The translations under genes and the position numbers were made by a program. From the NCBI GenBank assembly GCA_964016885.1, contig OZ024740.1:337962001-338026000 (forward strand): a stretch of 64,000 bases of DNA, given 5' to 3'. The notes under the pieces are model-generated. The model was given only the letters and a program-made list of their open reading frames with translations, searched no databases and was not told where the DNA came from. The stretch comes from Eledone cirrhosa. Lineage: Eukaryota. This document shows positions 25,052-39,195 of the stretch, in pieces. Every line of letters starts with the position of its first letter. Position 1 is the stretch's first letter.

Positions 25052-25856
25052 TATATATATATATTCATCTATTTATCTATCAACCTACATATCTATCTAT
25101 TTATTCATCTGTCTATATATATATCTATCTATCTATTTATTTATTCAACTAGCAACTTACATATCTATTTATATTTATATCTATCTACCAAAACAAACTG
25201 TATAATGTTTTAAGCAAATTTGATATTTTATTATCTAGTTTTTTTTTTTCTTGTTTGTCTTGTTTTATTTCCTACATTGTTTTTACTTTTGTTTTCATTT
25301 GTGTTTATCTAACACTGCCTAGAAGAGCAGATAACTGCAATGACTACAAAATCCACAATATAAATTTCTATAGATCTTCTAACCAAATATGTTGAAACTA
25401 AATAGTCACATGGTATTTAGCTTTAACATTTGATTCAGACATGAGAATAGAAACATTTTCACTTTGAAACATTTGAATAGCTTCTGTAAGTTGTTAGAAG
25501 GGAAAATCTGACATGGAGTGCTATCGTTATCATAGGAAATCTCTCAGTAACAGATTTGAACATCATTCTTGACCTCGGGAACTCTTTTACTTATTGAAGA
25601 CAAAAGGAGGATACTTCATGATTCCATGATCAGTGACATTGCATGTGACATTTTCAGAGGTTGCTTCTGGAATTTTGATTTCAAAACAAACAAATGACTT
25701 TATCCTCTTGAAATGACAGTGAAAGTGTTTCTTGCTAAAACCTGAAGACATAATGGCGCAAGAAGTTAATATAGATATTGAATGTCTTTGAAGCTTATTT
25801 CTATGACTTATTGATATTTCTATATACCAGAAAGTATGACACCACTAAAGGAAAGA

Positions 25857-25860
<4 letters not shown>

Positions 25861-25922
<62 letters not shown>

Positions 25923-25938
25923 TGCATGTGTGTGTGTG
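25861..25938. repeat. (GT)n microsatellite
   Basis: Direct reading. Confidence 0.95.
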
Positions 25939-26169
25939 AGAAAGAAAGAGAAATGTGGAGGTAGGATTGCTAAGATGAACACAATTTTTTTAGAATACCA
26001 TATTTGAGTTATAGATCAAGAATAAATATTTCTTAGGTATGAAATATTATGTTTAATATTTGCCATGCTGTAATATTTATATATTATCAACTGATAAGTT
26101 AGAATTTGTCAATGATTTACTGACTCTGGTTTTAGGGATTCTCTTTGAAATATTGCATCTATTTCATGA

Positions 26170-26560
26170 ATTAAGAAGACTGGAAAGAACGGAAATGAGA
26201 ATGGTCCAGTGGATGAGCAGGATATCTCTCAGAGAAAGGAAATCAAACAATAAATTCCAGAGAAAGATGGGAAGAGAGCCAGTGATGAATGTTGTGAAGT
26301 GAAATGGAATGAGATGGCTGGGCCGTGTATTAAGGAAGGATTAAAGTGACTAGGTAAGAGGAAAATAAATATGGAGGGAGATAGAGAAAAGAGAATACCA
26401 AAAACAGACCTGGTTAAAGATGATAGAGGAGAAAATGAAAGCCTAGAGTTTGATGACGGGGGATGTATAGGATATGGAAAAATGGAGAAACTTGTCATGA
26501 GACCTGTAAAGCTAACCCTTGCTTTAGCAGGGGAAATGGCCTTAAAATGCTTGTTGGTAT
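26170..26560 (+). mobile_element. Degenerate RTE 3' remnant
   Basis: LRRLERTEMRMVQWM...; decayed RWLGRV; tail homologous to the other RTE ends. Confidence 0.65.
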
Positions 26561-26913
26561 GTGGTGCTATCATCATGACACACTGATCGTTAGCAAGGAA
26601 ATAATAATTTGACCAATCAGATGTGGTTGATTCAAGTATGATGGGGTCTTGGTTTTATTTAGAAACAATGCAGTAAATAATCAGTTCAGTCTAACAAGCT
26701 AGAAATAGCAGTGAAAATCTTTTAGATCATTGCCTACTGTCTTAAAAACTAGGGAGAATGTATAGGATAGTGTAGTCATGGATATACAAATAAAAATAGG
26801 TTGATTAAAGCTGGAAAGTTTTTAAATATTGGTTTGCTTGGTGAGTGTTGACCTGGAAATAAACGTCATAGAAATAATTTAAATAAAGTTTAAAGAATTA
26901 TTATGTGAAAATA

Positions 26914-27390
26914 GGGAGACAGTTCTAGTCTATTGAAATATTCTAATTCAGTTTTAGATCCAGACATGGCCGTGTATTAAGAAGTTTGTTTTACAGTCAT
27001 GTGGTTTCATGTTATATGCCATTGCATAGCTCTTTGGGCAAGAGTCGTCTTCTACTATAGCTTCTTGTGAGTAAGTTTGGTAGATGGAAACTGAAGTAAG
27101 CTTGATTGCTATTTTTAAATACTTCATGGAAGATCACATTAAGTATGAGTATAGAAGTAAGAAAAATAGACTTAGACATATTACTTAGTATAGTTCACCA
27201 AGGGAGACAGATCTAGTCTATTGGAATATTCTAATTAAGTTTTAGGTCCAGACATGGCTGTGTATTTAAGAAGCTTGTTTTACAGTCATGTTATATCCTA
27301 TTGCATAGCACTTTGGGTATAGAAGTAAAAAAGTATGAATATAGAAGTAAGAAAAATTGACTTAGACATATTACTTAGTATAGTTCACCA
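26914..27390. repeat. Local tandem duplication containing a SINE fragment
   Basis: gggagacag...tatagttcacca at 26914-27200, again with a deletion at 27202-27390. Confidence 0.75.
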
Positions 27391-27499
27391 TATAATATGG
27401 AAGTGGTCTCCTTAATAACAAACATTTTTTGGGGGCATAAAGTAGGAAGCATTTCTCTTCAGTAGATAAATATTAGAAGATCTTTAGCTGTTAGAATAT

Positions 27500-28000
27500 T
27501 TTATTCTACCACACCAAACCTTGTCCATGATATAACCTAATCCAATAGCCAAATTATTGAACTATAACAACACAGATAATTATGAAAGTAGTTTTAAATG
27601 TAATTGCTTAAATTGCGACAACTGCCCTCTAGTGGGGAAATGCTTATCTAGTAATATAATGTGTAAATGCAAGGTTAGTAAATCTTCCACTAGAAAAGCA
27701 TACATAGGGTTAACAGACAATAGATTAAAGCTAAGATAACATATGTACAACCATTCATTTCAAAATCCACTTTGAAGGAATATGACTTCATTTTTTATCT
27801 ACATCAAGGGCTTGAAAGAAAGAAACATTCAATATGGGTTACACTGGGAGATCTTGGAAAAGACTAGATCGAAAACCTTGTAATATCTGTGCTGCTAAAG
27901 TCCTGTAAATTCTCTATGCTCAGGAGAATATCTTGAACAAAACCTTAGAGTTGATTTCATTTTTTAAGCATGGGCTATTGGAAGACTTTTTTGTATTACA
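27500..28000 (+). mobile_element. Degenerate Naiad-like Penelope GIY-YIG remnant
   Basis: CNCLNCDNCPLVGKCL...AYIGLTDNRLKLR*...WEILEKT; homologous to the 16517 ORF C-terminus. Confidence 0.8.
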
Positions 28001-30369
28001 GCTGAACATTATACTAAAATGATTATATTGATCTAGACACTAATAGCAAGCATATGGAGTAGGTTTAGATGTGATGAAATAATATATGTGGTGTTTGGGA
28101 AAGAAACTAATTTGATGTCTGGCAGCAGCATCCTTAGGGATGGATGAGTGCACTGGTTCTTATCTGACTCCCATTTTTGGCCTTGAGACCTTTTACAGCC
28201 ACACCCTGGTAACTGCTTCTGTTGGCATGCTAAATTTAGTGAGGGGTTGGTGCTTGGAGAAGAGATAAGCACTGCCAAGCATATCTAAGGCCCATTGGAA
28301 TGCCATGATTGTCAAACAGTGAAAAAATAATATGCCAAATTAGTTGAGAATCAGAAATCTAATGACTATACACGCCACTGCCATTTCCAACTGTGTGTAT
28401 GTATTTGTGCATGTATCTACATCTATGTGTGTATGTGTATGTTTGCTTAACTCCCTGTCTTCACTTACATTAATCTCATTTAACCCATGTTAGCATGGAA
28501 AAAATTATGGTAATGGTAATCATGATGATGATGATAATGGTAATCATGATGATTGGGATGATGATTTTTATTTAGATGTGGCTGTCATTATTTCCATCTC
28601 CTAGCATTTTCACCATTTTTTATGTTGTGCCACCACCATGGCTTTTAAATCTCATGAAAGATGAAAGATTTCTCTGAACATTCACACAATCTAAGTTTGA
28701 TATCGTAAATCCCTTAAACTGAAATTTATCTAATCAGCCTCTATAACTGTGACCGTTTTACACAGTTTCCATTAATTAAAGAAATCTCTAATTGATCACT
28801 TGTAACAAATGTTTAGTTCTATGTGTGTGTGTATGTCAATGTGTCTATGTGTGTGTCCATGTATGTATGTGCATCAGCGTGTTGTGTGTGTGTGTGTGTC
28901 CATGTGTGTATGTGCATCAGCATATCTGTATGTGTGTGTGTTTGTGTGTGTCTGTGTCTGTGCATATATGTGGTTATTGGTACAATATTATTAGCAAATT
29001 TTTGTTTTAGATATTAATTGTTTGAGAAGTTTGATAGCCATGGTCTTGTCCAAGAAAGAGACTGGACAGTGTTTTGTCTAGGAATTATTTTATATTTATT
29101 GATTTTACAATAAAGATTTGAAGAATTTGTTCAACTTATTTAAAGAGAGTGCTATTTACACAGGGCAGTTAATGATAAGCTTGCTGAGATCAATAATTCT
29201 CAATGTTTGCACATTCACTGATAATTTATTGATCGTTATGGAAAATCACAGTTAAAATGCATATTTATATTTTTCACTCTGCAAATATTAATTGAAAAAT
29301 TAAATTAATAATTCATTTTCTTTGGTGATATTTGAAAACATTAGAAAGTTGTAGTTATCTGCAACAGATTGAGGTCATTTCAAGTAATCAAAGTCTAAAT
29401 ACAACTATTGAAATCATTTGACAGAAAGCGCTATATTTTAGTCAATGGTTCTGCTGGTATAGCAGAGTTTATATCTAACTATAGTGAGTTCAAATCCTGC
29501 TGAGAATATCTTTACTTTTATTGTGTGTAATAAAACACTAAAGGAAAAGAGAAAGAGCATGAAATTAGACCAAGTAAACAATGTTTCTATTGGTTTTTCC
29601 ACTGCTGAAAACAGCTGCTAGTCACAACACCTAATAGAAGGAGCAACGTCCAATGAGGTAGTTTGTTGAAGAACACAATGCACTGCCTGGTTCATAAATC
29701 AAAACAAACCATTACTTTATAATTTTGAGTCCAGTATCCTAACCACTAAGTTGCATGCCTTCATAAAAAGTCTAAACACAACCATTGAAAGTGTTATATT
29801 TCAGTCAATGGTACTGCTGATGGCTGATATAATAGAGTGTGTATCCAACTATTGTGAGTTCAAATCCTGCCTAGACATTCCTTCTCTTTCCTTTTCACTG
29901 CTACGAGGATCAACAAAATAGGGCCTAGTAATAATATAGTTAGGTTATTTCAAATAATTATAACTCTCTTCTAAAAACAGAAATATGTTTAATTTCAGTG
30001 TGAGTTATATTTTCTCAAATACTCCCAACACAAGATTCTAACATATAAACGGTCAATCAATGATAAATATTGATTGCAAGCTAAATTGTTTATATAAATA
30101 TACTGAAGCAAACAGTAAGTGTGTTTTACTATTTTTTTGGCAATATTAAGACAACATGACCCTCCCCAAATACAACAATAATTTTATTATTTCCTATTAT
30201 GTTATCTGGGGCACTAGAAGGTGAGTGAGTAGTTGCTTTCAGCTACTTGTATGGGAGGTGCCATAAGAGCACATTAGTTAAAAAGAAAAAGCAAAGTAAA
30301 ATAAAATACTTTTGTCTAGAAGATGTGGTTTTTTTTATTGATAAACATCCCCATCATCACCATTATCAT

Positions 30370-31290
30370 CAACATCGTCATTTTACATTCACTTTTCTAT
30401 GCTAACGTAGGTCTTTTCCAGCATGGCTTAGCTCCACCTACTATTTTCCTTTATCATCTCTTTTGTCAAGTTCGGCACATTAAGATCCACTCTTACTACT
30501 AGTGCCCAAATCTTCCTTAGTCTTCCTTTACTGCAGCTTCCCTCCACTAGCACTTCTGGCATGTCTTCATTCAACCATCATTCATATGCACCACATGTTC
30601 ATACCAGTGCAGTCCTCTTTTGCACCCTCTAATACTCAGTTTTTTGTCTCAGGCCATGCATGCTTTGTCATTCATGCATATTAACATCACAGCTCTATCA
30701 GAGCATACTTGCTTCATTTCACTACATGCTCTCCATATCCTTTGCCCAAGTTTCACTTCCATGTCAATATTGCACTTCGCATCCAGGTATGATACAGTTA
30801 GCTTTTTGTTCATAAAGAGAAACCTTTTGTTGTCAACAGGGGAAGTAGATTTCTGAACGATTTTCTGCCTGTTCTTATTCTAGTTCCAATACTTTCAGAG
30901 CAAACTCTTCCACTGCTAAGTTGTTCACCTAGATAACAAAAGCTACCAGTTACTTCTATGGAGCTTTCCCAGGTTTGGACAACATTTATTACACTGGAGC
31001 ACTTACCAGTAGCTACTCCTGTGCATCTCTTACATACAAAGTTTACCTTTTCTGTTAGTTTGCCTACAATCCTATTAGATCTTTTGTGTAGTCATGTTTC
31101 ATATTGTGAACATTGTATAGAGTTTCCTCCTATTCCTTTTCTACAGACTGAACATGGCCATTTCCCTGATGGAATCAGTATCCTGTATTTTTTCCTATTT
31201 ACTAAAACTTTGGTCTTTGCTAGGTTTACTCTGAGTCATTTTGATTCTAAGTTCTGTTTCCACAGTAGGAACTTCTTTAGCTCTTCTAGA
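30370..31290 (-). mobile_element. Degenerate RTE LINE including the PHD region
   Basis: Homologous to 50550-51500 (tggccatttccctgatggaatcag). Confidence 0.8.
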
Positions 31291-31294
31291 GATC

Positions 31295-32336
31295 CAATAA
31301 AAGATGCTTATGAGTGATTTCAATGATACCTGGAAGTTATATAATGTATATTTGAGCAGAAATGCATTGTATCTTGACTCAACTTGCCATATATACTCTA
31401 ATATAAGGAATATGTGAGAAAAAAAAAAATCAATGGTAAAATGGGGTGTTGGCTTATATTTGGGGTCAATATTTTGACGCACTGGGTAATTGCTGGCCTT
31501 GTGCCTAAAGTAGAAACAAATATTTTGACAATTTTCACCAACTTCTCGTAAATAAGATGCTAAAATATCTGGAGTGATTATTTCAAAATGAAACACTGTT
31601 TTACTACATTTACAATATTGTTGTTCATGTTATTTTTGCATTCATTTGAAAATACTTCCAACAAATTTTTATAATTGTTTCTACTTTTGGCACAAGGCCA
31701 GTACATTACTGGTACTTCATTTTATCCACCCTGTAAGGATGAAAGGAAAAGTTAACCTCGGCGGGATTTGAACTTTTAATATTCAACTATCCCATAAACA
31801 TACACTCTCATACACATGCACACGTTCACAGACACATATGCATGTCTTTCTCTGACAATATTTTTTTATTTCAATCTTACTTCAGAATTTATTTTATTGC
31901 TTTCGCTCTCTCTCTTCTCGCTCTTGCCCTCTCTTTTTTTCACTCTGCCACTCCCCTCTCTTAATTGTTGTCTCTCTTACCCTCTTCTACTCTATGAATC
32001 TCTATACAAAGTTCTCTTATTTGATCTTTTGTTTTCAAAGTACTCCTAATATGTGAGTGACCGGAAGTAAACAAAAATTTGAGAAACTTGTAATTTTACA
32101 TAATTGTTTCTACTTGAACACTCATTATGTACTGGAGTTGTGAAACAAAAAAACTATATTCTAAATGACATTTTAAACATCAAAATATTAAGACTTTATA
32201 AATATATTTTATACAAAACTACGTCATCTAAACATAATATGTTCAAGAGTTGTTTCAGATTATAAATGGGGTTTGGATTTTTGCCCATTTCTCTGACATA
32301 AAATAGGGGTCAGCATATATTCGAGTATAAATGGTA
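31295..32336. mobile_element. Possible pogo/Tc2-like DNA transposon remnant with SINE pieces
   Basis: End reads ...cagcatatattcgagtataaatgg|TA; internal related motifs. Confidence 0.35.
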
Positions 32337-34302
32337 GCTGGTAGGTAGGTAACTCTAAATGTTTGTCATGTTTATATAACATCTTGTATTAATTTATGTG
32401 TTTTATAATAATTTTATATTCATTTCACGTTTATCAAATTTTATCCATCTATTGTATAAAGTCATTGGCTATACCCTCGTTTTCATATAACTCTGTCCAG
32501 CCTCATATGTATTATAACCCCTATGTTTATAATGTTTATTGCACTATATGTGCAAGCCTGTGTGGTTATTAAAGAAATTATTATTACTATTATTATAGTT
32601 GTTGTTGTCTTCTCACCCCACAAACTAACAATATCTTCAATAAATTTGAAGGGTGATTATATTATTTATTCTGTATTGTACTGAAATGGGATGATTATCA
32701 ATAAGAGCAGCAGAAAAAACCTTCTCAAACAAGGTCCTTCCTAAGTAAGTTCCATAAAATCTGGGATCAATTGTGAAGGAAAAGTTGTCAAGTCAAAGAC
32801 AACCAATTTAAGGATAGAATTGAAAAATATTAAAAAGAAAATTAACTTAAAGTACCTTGAGAAAGTGTCAGCATTTACAGGTTTTGTATATTAGAAGGAA
32901 ATGTAAAGTAGGTTTAGTATTTATGAAGCAGTTTGAATGACAACCAGAAATGTACGTATGAAACATTAGATTTAATGGTGAAGTAGATAAAGTGTCACAA
33001 ATATTTAGATGAAAGATTCTCAATTTATATTCTATCATTGGAATTGTAGCATCTTTAAGACATTCAACACCTCCAGCTTCCATTTATTTAGGCAGTAGAT
33101 TTAATAGGTTGCCTAATTTTACACCACTGACTGGCCCTTGGCTGTTTTTATCAGAGTCTACACTGTTGAAAATATTTGGGTTTGAGGATACCTTTCTCTA
33201 TCGATCTCACCACTTTCAGAGGTCCTGAAAAAGGTCATGGGCACTGGACTTCCCTCTAGGAGACATCCATACAAGCATCAATTGATTTTTTTTTAAATGG
33301 CATGAAAAACAGATATATAAATAAGGGATAAAGTGAGTTATCCCAGTATAAGAACAGACACAATTATGTAACTCCAAGTTTCCTGGATTACCATTACTGC
33401 TAAATGCACTGTCCCAACTGTGTTCCCCAATAAATATGTCTATGCTGAGAGTAGGCCCTCAACACTACCACCTTTCAGCAAATTTCCTGGAAAGCATCAG
33501 TTCACTCTTTAAGTAGAACTTAAAAAAATTAATAATAAACAAAAATTTAACTACAATATTTTTACAGCTAGATTAACTAATATATAATAAATGTTTTCCT
33601 ATGCAGTATTAGTTAATATATTTGTTGTTTAGTGTGTTTTGTGAATAGTTCAGCTCTCTTACTCTCAAACTTGCATTGCTGTCAATATCAGGAGTATCTG
33701 GTAGTTGGTATATTAAAGTACCAAGTAATTAGCAGAGCTGTCAGAGTTTCATATCTTGACATTAGCACTAAGCTGCTCACTGCCGATGGTGATGACATTG
33801 ATCTCTCAATTCCTGATATTAGCACGAAGCTGCCCTCTGCCAATGAGGAAGACAGTGATCTCTCAATGTCCCATTCTATCTTTTCACCTGAATATGGAAT
33901 TTTTTTTTTTTTTGCAGAATCATAATCTCCATTGTTTAAATAAGAGAAATATGAAAATAATTTTTTTTAGATTAAAAATAGAAAGTTATAGTGAGGTGGA
34001 GAGAGTGTTTACTGCACAACTGCACCATTTATTTTATATACATTGTATTTTTATTGAGTCTACTGGGAATAAACTCTTACTTCTACATACCAAAAATTGG
34101 AATACATCAGTGTAGTGTAGTTCTCTGACCTTTCTATGAAGTCAGTAACTCCAGATAAGAACTGACCTGTAATGTCTTGTCCAACCCCATAAATTCAATT
34201 CATTTTGATCCAAATTAAACTTAATTTTTCAAATTTTCAGCAAACAAAATTTGGAATATCCCAGTATTGAGAAAGGGGCCCTTCTAATTAGCTATTTATT
34301 AC

Positions 34303-34335
34303 CTAGTTTATAACTGATGAACGAAGTTTCCAGTT
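34303..34335 (-). other. Candidate 33-nt exon
   Basis: ttctctttactaacag|...|gtaata; phase 1-1; ELETSFISYKL. Confidence 0.3.
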
Positions 34336-34942
34336 CTGTTAGTAAAGAGAACAATTTGACAAGTTAACAAGGAAACTTTTATGCAGTCCCTTGAAATATC
34401 TTTCATATCATACCCTACTATCTAACACAGAAAATGAAACATTGCATAATGATATAATTCTAAATATACTAGCCTGAAAAATACAACCATGATTATTTTA
34501 ATATGCAGTTGATGCCTTCTTGTGTAGTTCTAAATCTAATTTTGAACAGTAAATTTACAATTTGTATCATACACTACATGCGTTTACATGGTAAGTGATG
34601 TTTAAAACACTTAAAACATTCATAAAGTGTTAAAATAGCCACTACAAATGCATTTCAGACATAGAAAATATCAAACACAAGGTCATAGCATTTGTCTCAA
34701 CGATGTATGTAGCTCAAAAATGTCCTTCAAATAAACCCTGAAATAAAGATGCTATTCTCATGGCTGGAATACATTTTCTTGATCAAGGCTGAACTGGGCT
34801 AAATAATCTCACCACCACTTGTTTTAAAGTGAAGGATCTGTTCATAGCATCAAACAGTATCTCAAAGTTATGGGAATGTATTAAATTGTACTTGAGAAAG
34901 TAAAGGAAAAAAAGATTAAATACAGAAAAAAGTTATATGAAC

Positions 34943-35042
34943 CTTTAATTTGAAATTCTTGTTTCCTTTTTACATCCTCAAGTATTTTTCTCTCCTGTTC
35001 AATATCTTTGGCAAAATTTCTCTGTAATTTGATAATTCCAGT
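34943..35042 (-). other. Candidate 100-nt coding exon
   Basis: ttttctttatattgcag|, open frame TGIIKLQRNFAKDIEQERKILEDVKRKQEFQIK, weak donor |gttcat. Confidence 0.4.
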
Positions 35043-35644
35043 CTGCAATATAAAGAAAATAATTTATACTGACATAGAACTTAGTTTCTCTGAAGAGGTT
35101 TCTATGTGAGTTGATTGTTCTACCAGAAATAGCAGTCAAATTTTATTAAAATCGCACCCTAAATGGCAGGAAGGATATACTATTTTTGGATAAAGGACAG
35201 AATTAATTGATTAAATCTATACTTGATCAAAGAAAACATTACCACCACCACCACCACCACCACCACCACCACTACTACTACTACCACCACCACGATTATT
35301 TTGATTATAAGTCCAATCACCATCACTATCACACTCTGCTATCACCAACACTGCTCTGCATTACCATAATTAAAAACAAAAAAACAAATCAACTATACTT
35401 CCACCAAGACGCTGCTGCCACCATCATCTACCACCACCAGTACCATCACCACTAAGACAACATAGTGAGTGTAGAGATTTTCAGAAATTTCAACATTCAA
35501 AATTTGACTATTACCTTTCTATTGAATACTAGCATTGCCTGGGTTAAAGAAAATAATGAAATTTCATTTAAAACTTGATATATTTTCTGATTACATATTG
35601 TGATGAGTGATTCTAACATTACGGCATAACAAATTTTGTGAGAA

Positions 35645-36240
35645 CATCATCATCGTCGTTTTTACGCCTGCTTTTCCATGCTTGCATGAATTGGATGGGT
35701 CCTTTCCAGTACAGCATCTTTCCACTTATCACGTTCTTTTGTTGTCTCCTCTGTGAATCTCAGTGATTTGAGATCAGCTCTCACCATCTCTGTCCAGGTC
35801 TTCCTTGGTCTACCTCAACCGCAGCTTCCCTCCACTGGCATTTCCTGGTACTTCTTCATTCAGCGATCTTCATCCATGTGCATTACATGTCCATGCCAAT
35901 GCTGTCTTCTTTCCTGCACACCACTTTGGTTTCCCCTTAAACCCAGTTTCTTCTTCAGCTCTGCCTTTCTCTTACATTTACATTGCACATCCAATGAAGC
36001 ATTGTTGCTTCATTTCTCTCTAGTCTACGCATGTCCTCTACAGTTACAGCCCATGTTTCATTACCATGCAGCATTGTACTTCAAACGCAGGCATCATACA
36101 GTCATATTTTTGTAGGTAGGGAGAAACATTTTGTTGTCAACAATGGGTTTAGTTCTCTAAACTTTTTCCATCCTACCCTTATTCTAGCTATTATGCTCTC
36201 CAAGCACTCTCCTCCGCTGCAAATTAAATCCCCTAGATAG
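35645..36240 (-). mobile_element. Degenerate RTE 3' fragment
   Basis: Homologous to 50545-51145. Confidence 0.8.
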
Positions 36241-36353
36241 CAGACCAACAACAATAATATACTTGAAATAGAAAACACATAAAAGAAAATTATGATAAAT
36301 CTTCTTTATATACAACATTGAGTTTTTACCAATGAAGTATAAATGAAAAGATT

Positions 36354-36682
36354 TTATTGACCTTCCAACATGTAAGCATCCAGCATATGAGAGAAGCAAG
36401 GCTCTTCTAATTGCAAACCAATTATTGATAATGTTTGTCCTTGATATTTGTTGATGGCCATTGCAAAGCTTAGTCTAATTGGAAACTGTACTCTTTTAAA
36501 TTGCATTGGTAAATCAGCAGGTATTAATGGAATTCTTCTAATGAATACATTATCACATCTAGAGAGTATTTTAGCTTCTATAAAATGAAGCATAATTTTC
36601 TTCATAATAATCTTATTCAATAGCATGATTTGGGCCGGTCTAAATTTCTTAGAAACATTATAGGTGCTCCAAGTTTCAATTA
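36354..36682 (-). mobile_element. Helitron RepHel (Pif1-like helicase) remnant
   Basis: LKLGAPIMFLRNLD...RIPLIPADLPMQFKRVQFPIRLSFAMAINKYQGQTL..IGLQLEEPCFSH. Confidence 0.88.
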
Positions 36683-36817
36683 TTCATTTTTTGTATCTCT
36701 GTTTCTTTTCTTCCTCATTCATTTATTGTTAACTTACTTGCTTAATTCCATCTTTTGCTTTTGAAGCTATATACAAATATGTGTCATATATACACACACA
36801 TGGGAAAGATATGAAGA

Positions 36818-36853
<36 letters not shown>

Positions 36854-37369
36854 GGGTTAAATATGAAGTAGAAATGACCACATATAAGAGATAAAAAGAA
36901 TATATGACTACACATTCTGCAGCTGATAGAGGAGAGGGTGGATATTAAAGCAGACTTGTGTTGTTGCTTTAGCGATGGTTAATATGTTGATAGGGGAGAT
37001 ATGAAGAAGATATACATACACACAGAGGCTAAATATGAAGTTAAATCTTTCAGCTAATGATGGATGTAAGTCAAGTCAAATTTTGTTGAATAAGGACACC
37101 CTGCATTAACTTTCAGTTATTTTTTTTTTTTTTAAATGAAAGTGAATATGCAAAAAATATTACAGGTTTCACAAATCTTATTTTTTGTAGTGTTTCCAAA
37201 GAAACAAAGAAACATATAAACAAATGAATATAGGTCCAAGTGGGAGGAAAACTTATTCCTGAGTCTAAGGAACTTACATGTCAGGTTTGAATATGATTAG
37301 TCCACTAGTTTTTAAGTGCATAGGAGACAAGCAGACAAACAAACAATTATATATATATAAATAACATTA

Positions 37370-37595
37370 AAGATCAGCAGATTTGCAGAACCATTAGAGC
37401 ATCAAACAAATATTTAGCAATATTTGTTTTGGTTCTTTACCTTCAAAGTTCAAATCTTGTCATGGTCAACTTTGTCTTTCATCCCTCTCCAGTCAATAAA
37501 GTAAAGCACCAGACAAGTATCGGGGTTGACATAATCAGTGTTTCCTCCATCCCCACCCCCAAGTCATTGGCCTGGTATATATGCTAGAAACAATC
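37370..37595 (+). mobile_element. tRNA-derived SINE (degenerate)
   Basis: gttcaaat...ggtcaactttgtctttcatcc...ggcct...tagaaacaat. Confidence 0.7.
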
Positions 37596-38119
37596 ATTTT
37601 TTTTAACGTCTATGTATGTAATGATAATAAATATGGAACGAAATCAAAGATAATCGTTTATACATAAAACATTGATTGATAAACTAAGGAACAGAAACAA
37701 AGACATTATATCTATTATTCATAAAACATTTATAATCGGTGTCATAATCTCTATTATAGACACAACATATTTTAATCATTTATAAGACATCTGACTTGGA
37801 AATATATCTTTTAAATTAAATGTAATGTGTATATGATTGATATATATTTTTGAGAATTTACACAGCCCAGATGGACAACTACAGCACTCCGTCCACTGTA
37901 CTATTCTCTGAGGTGAAAATAAGAATGTAGTATAGTGTATCACAATTTGTCATAGTTTTACTAACAGAGCAGAATAAATTATGAATTATATTCATCACAT
38001 TTCGTTTCATAATTGATTGTTTAAAGTGTTTGTGATATACTTTATTATTTCAACATATTTTCAATTATTTTAAGTTATGAATGAATTGCTGTAAAACAGG
38101 AGCACTAGCAGTAGATATA

Positions 38120-39195
38120 TGAGGTCTGTCAGAAAAGAAAAAGGACTGTGGTTGCAAAAACATATTTTAAATTCAAACTACAAGTTTTCTTTTTTGAAAT
38201 AATCTCCCCACTGAGTCTAACGCACTTTCTCTGCTATGCCTTCATGCACTCTTGGAAGGATTCTCCATCATCATGGCTCTCTTGATGGTTGCCACGTCCA
38301 GAAAATGGGAGGATCTAAATTTCTTAGAAGCATTATAGGTGCTCCAAGTTTCAATTATTCACTTTCTTTATATCTATTTCTTTCCTTCCTCATTCATTCA
38401 TTGTTAACTTGCTTAATTCCACCTTTTGCTTTCGGGGCTATATGTGGAACATATACACACACATGGGAAAGATACGAAGAAGATATATATACACAGATGG
38501 GCTAATTATGAAGTAGATATGACATGTAAGAGATATAAATAATGTATGACCACAAGTTCGAAAAATGATGACTCTCCAAGCAAGTCTGGTTTAGTTTCAA
38601 GATGCTCAAGGTTATCCTGACACACTTGCATGCACTGTTTCCTCTGGTTATCGTTCAGCAGCTATAACACCATATTTGTGTAGATATTTTGCATGCCTAA
38701 ATCTTCAGTAAACTTTCAAATGCTGTTGCAGTTCATGCTCAGCTCACTTGCAATCAGTCAAACAGTCAGCCAATGATTGCCATGCACTATCTGACTCATG
38801 CCCACAACGTTACCCCTAGCTTTGCTCGTTGAAGGCCTTCTGCTCCTGGTGTCATTTCCATGTTTTTTTATCCTTCTTTGAACATTTTGTGCCACTCAAA
38901 ATCCCATGACCGTGACCTCATCTCATCTCCATACACTTCAGTATTCTGAGTGCTTCTGGTGGAGTATTCCCCAGCCAGACCAGAAACTTTAGGTTGGTTC
39001 ATTGTTCTGTGTCCATCGCTCGATGGCCTAAAATTGAGGATCTGTTAACAAAATCATGTAACATACATTTGCTGCAGACAGCTGAGATTGCTGTTATATA
39101 TGCCCTGAATATTATGTCACATGGTGACACAACCTGCTAATCAATACTCCACTCACACAGCACACTAAGCCCTGTTATTTCTCTGACACACCTTG
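38120..39195 (-). mobile_element. Mariner-like transposon remnant
   Basis: TA|tgaggtctgtcagaaa...tctctgacacaccttg|TA; HTH peptide VYGDEMRSRSWDFEWHKMFKEG...DTRSRRPST. Confidence 0.75.

Noticed and set aside
35207-35455. His-rich ORF
   Set aside because: (CAC)n/(TAC)n simple repeat
36354-36626. Host PIF1 helicase gene
   Set aside because: Intronless, fragmentary, Helitron-type motifs, with a second broken relative at 46330
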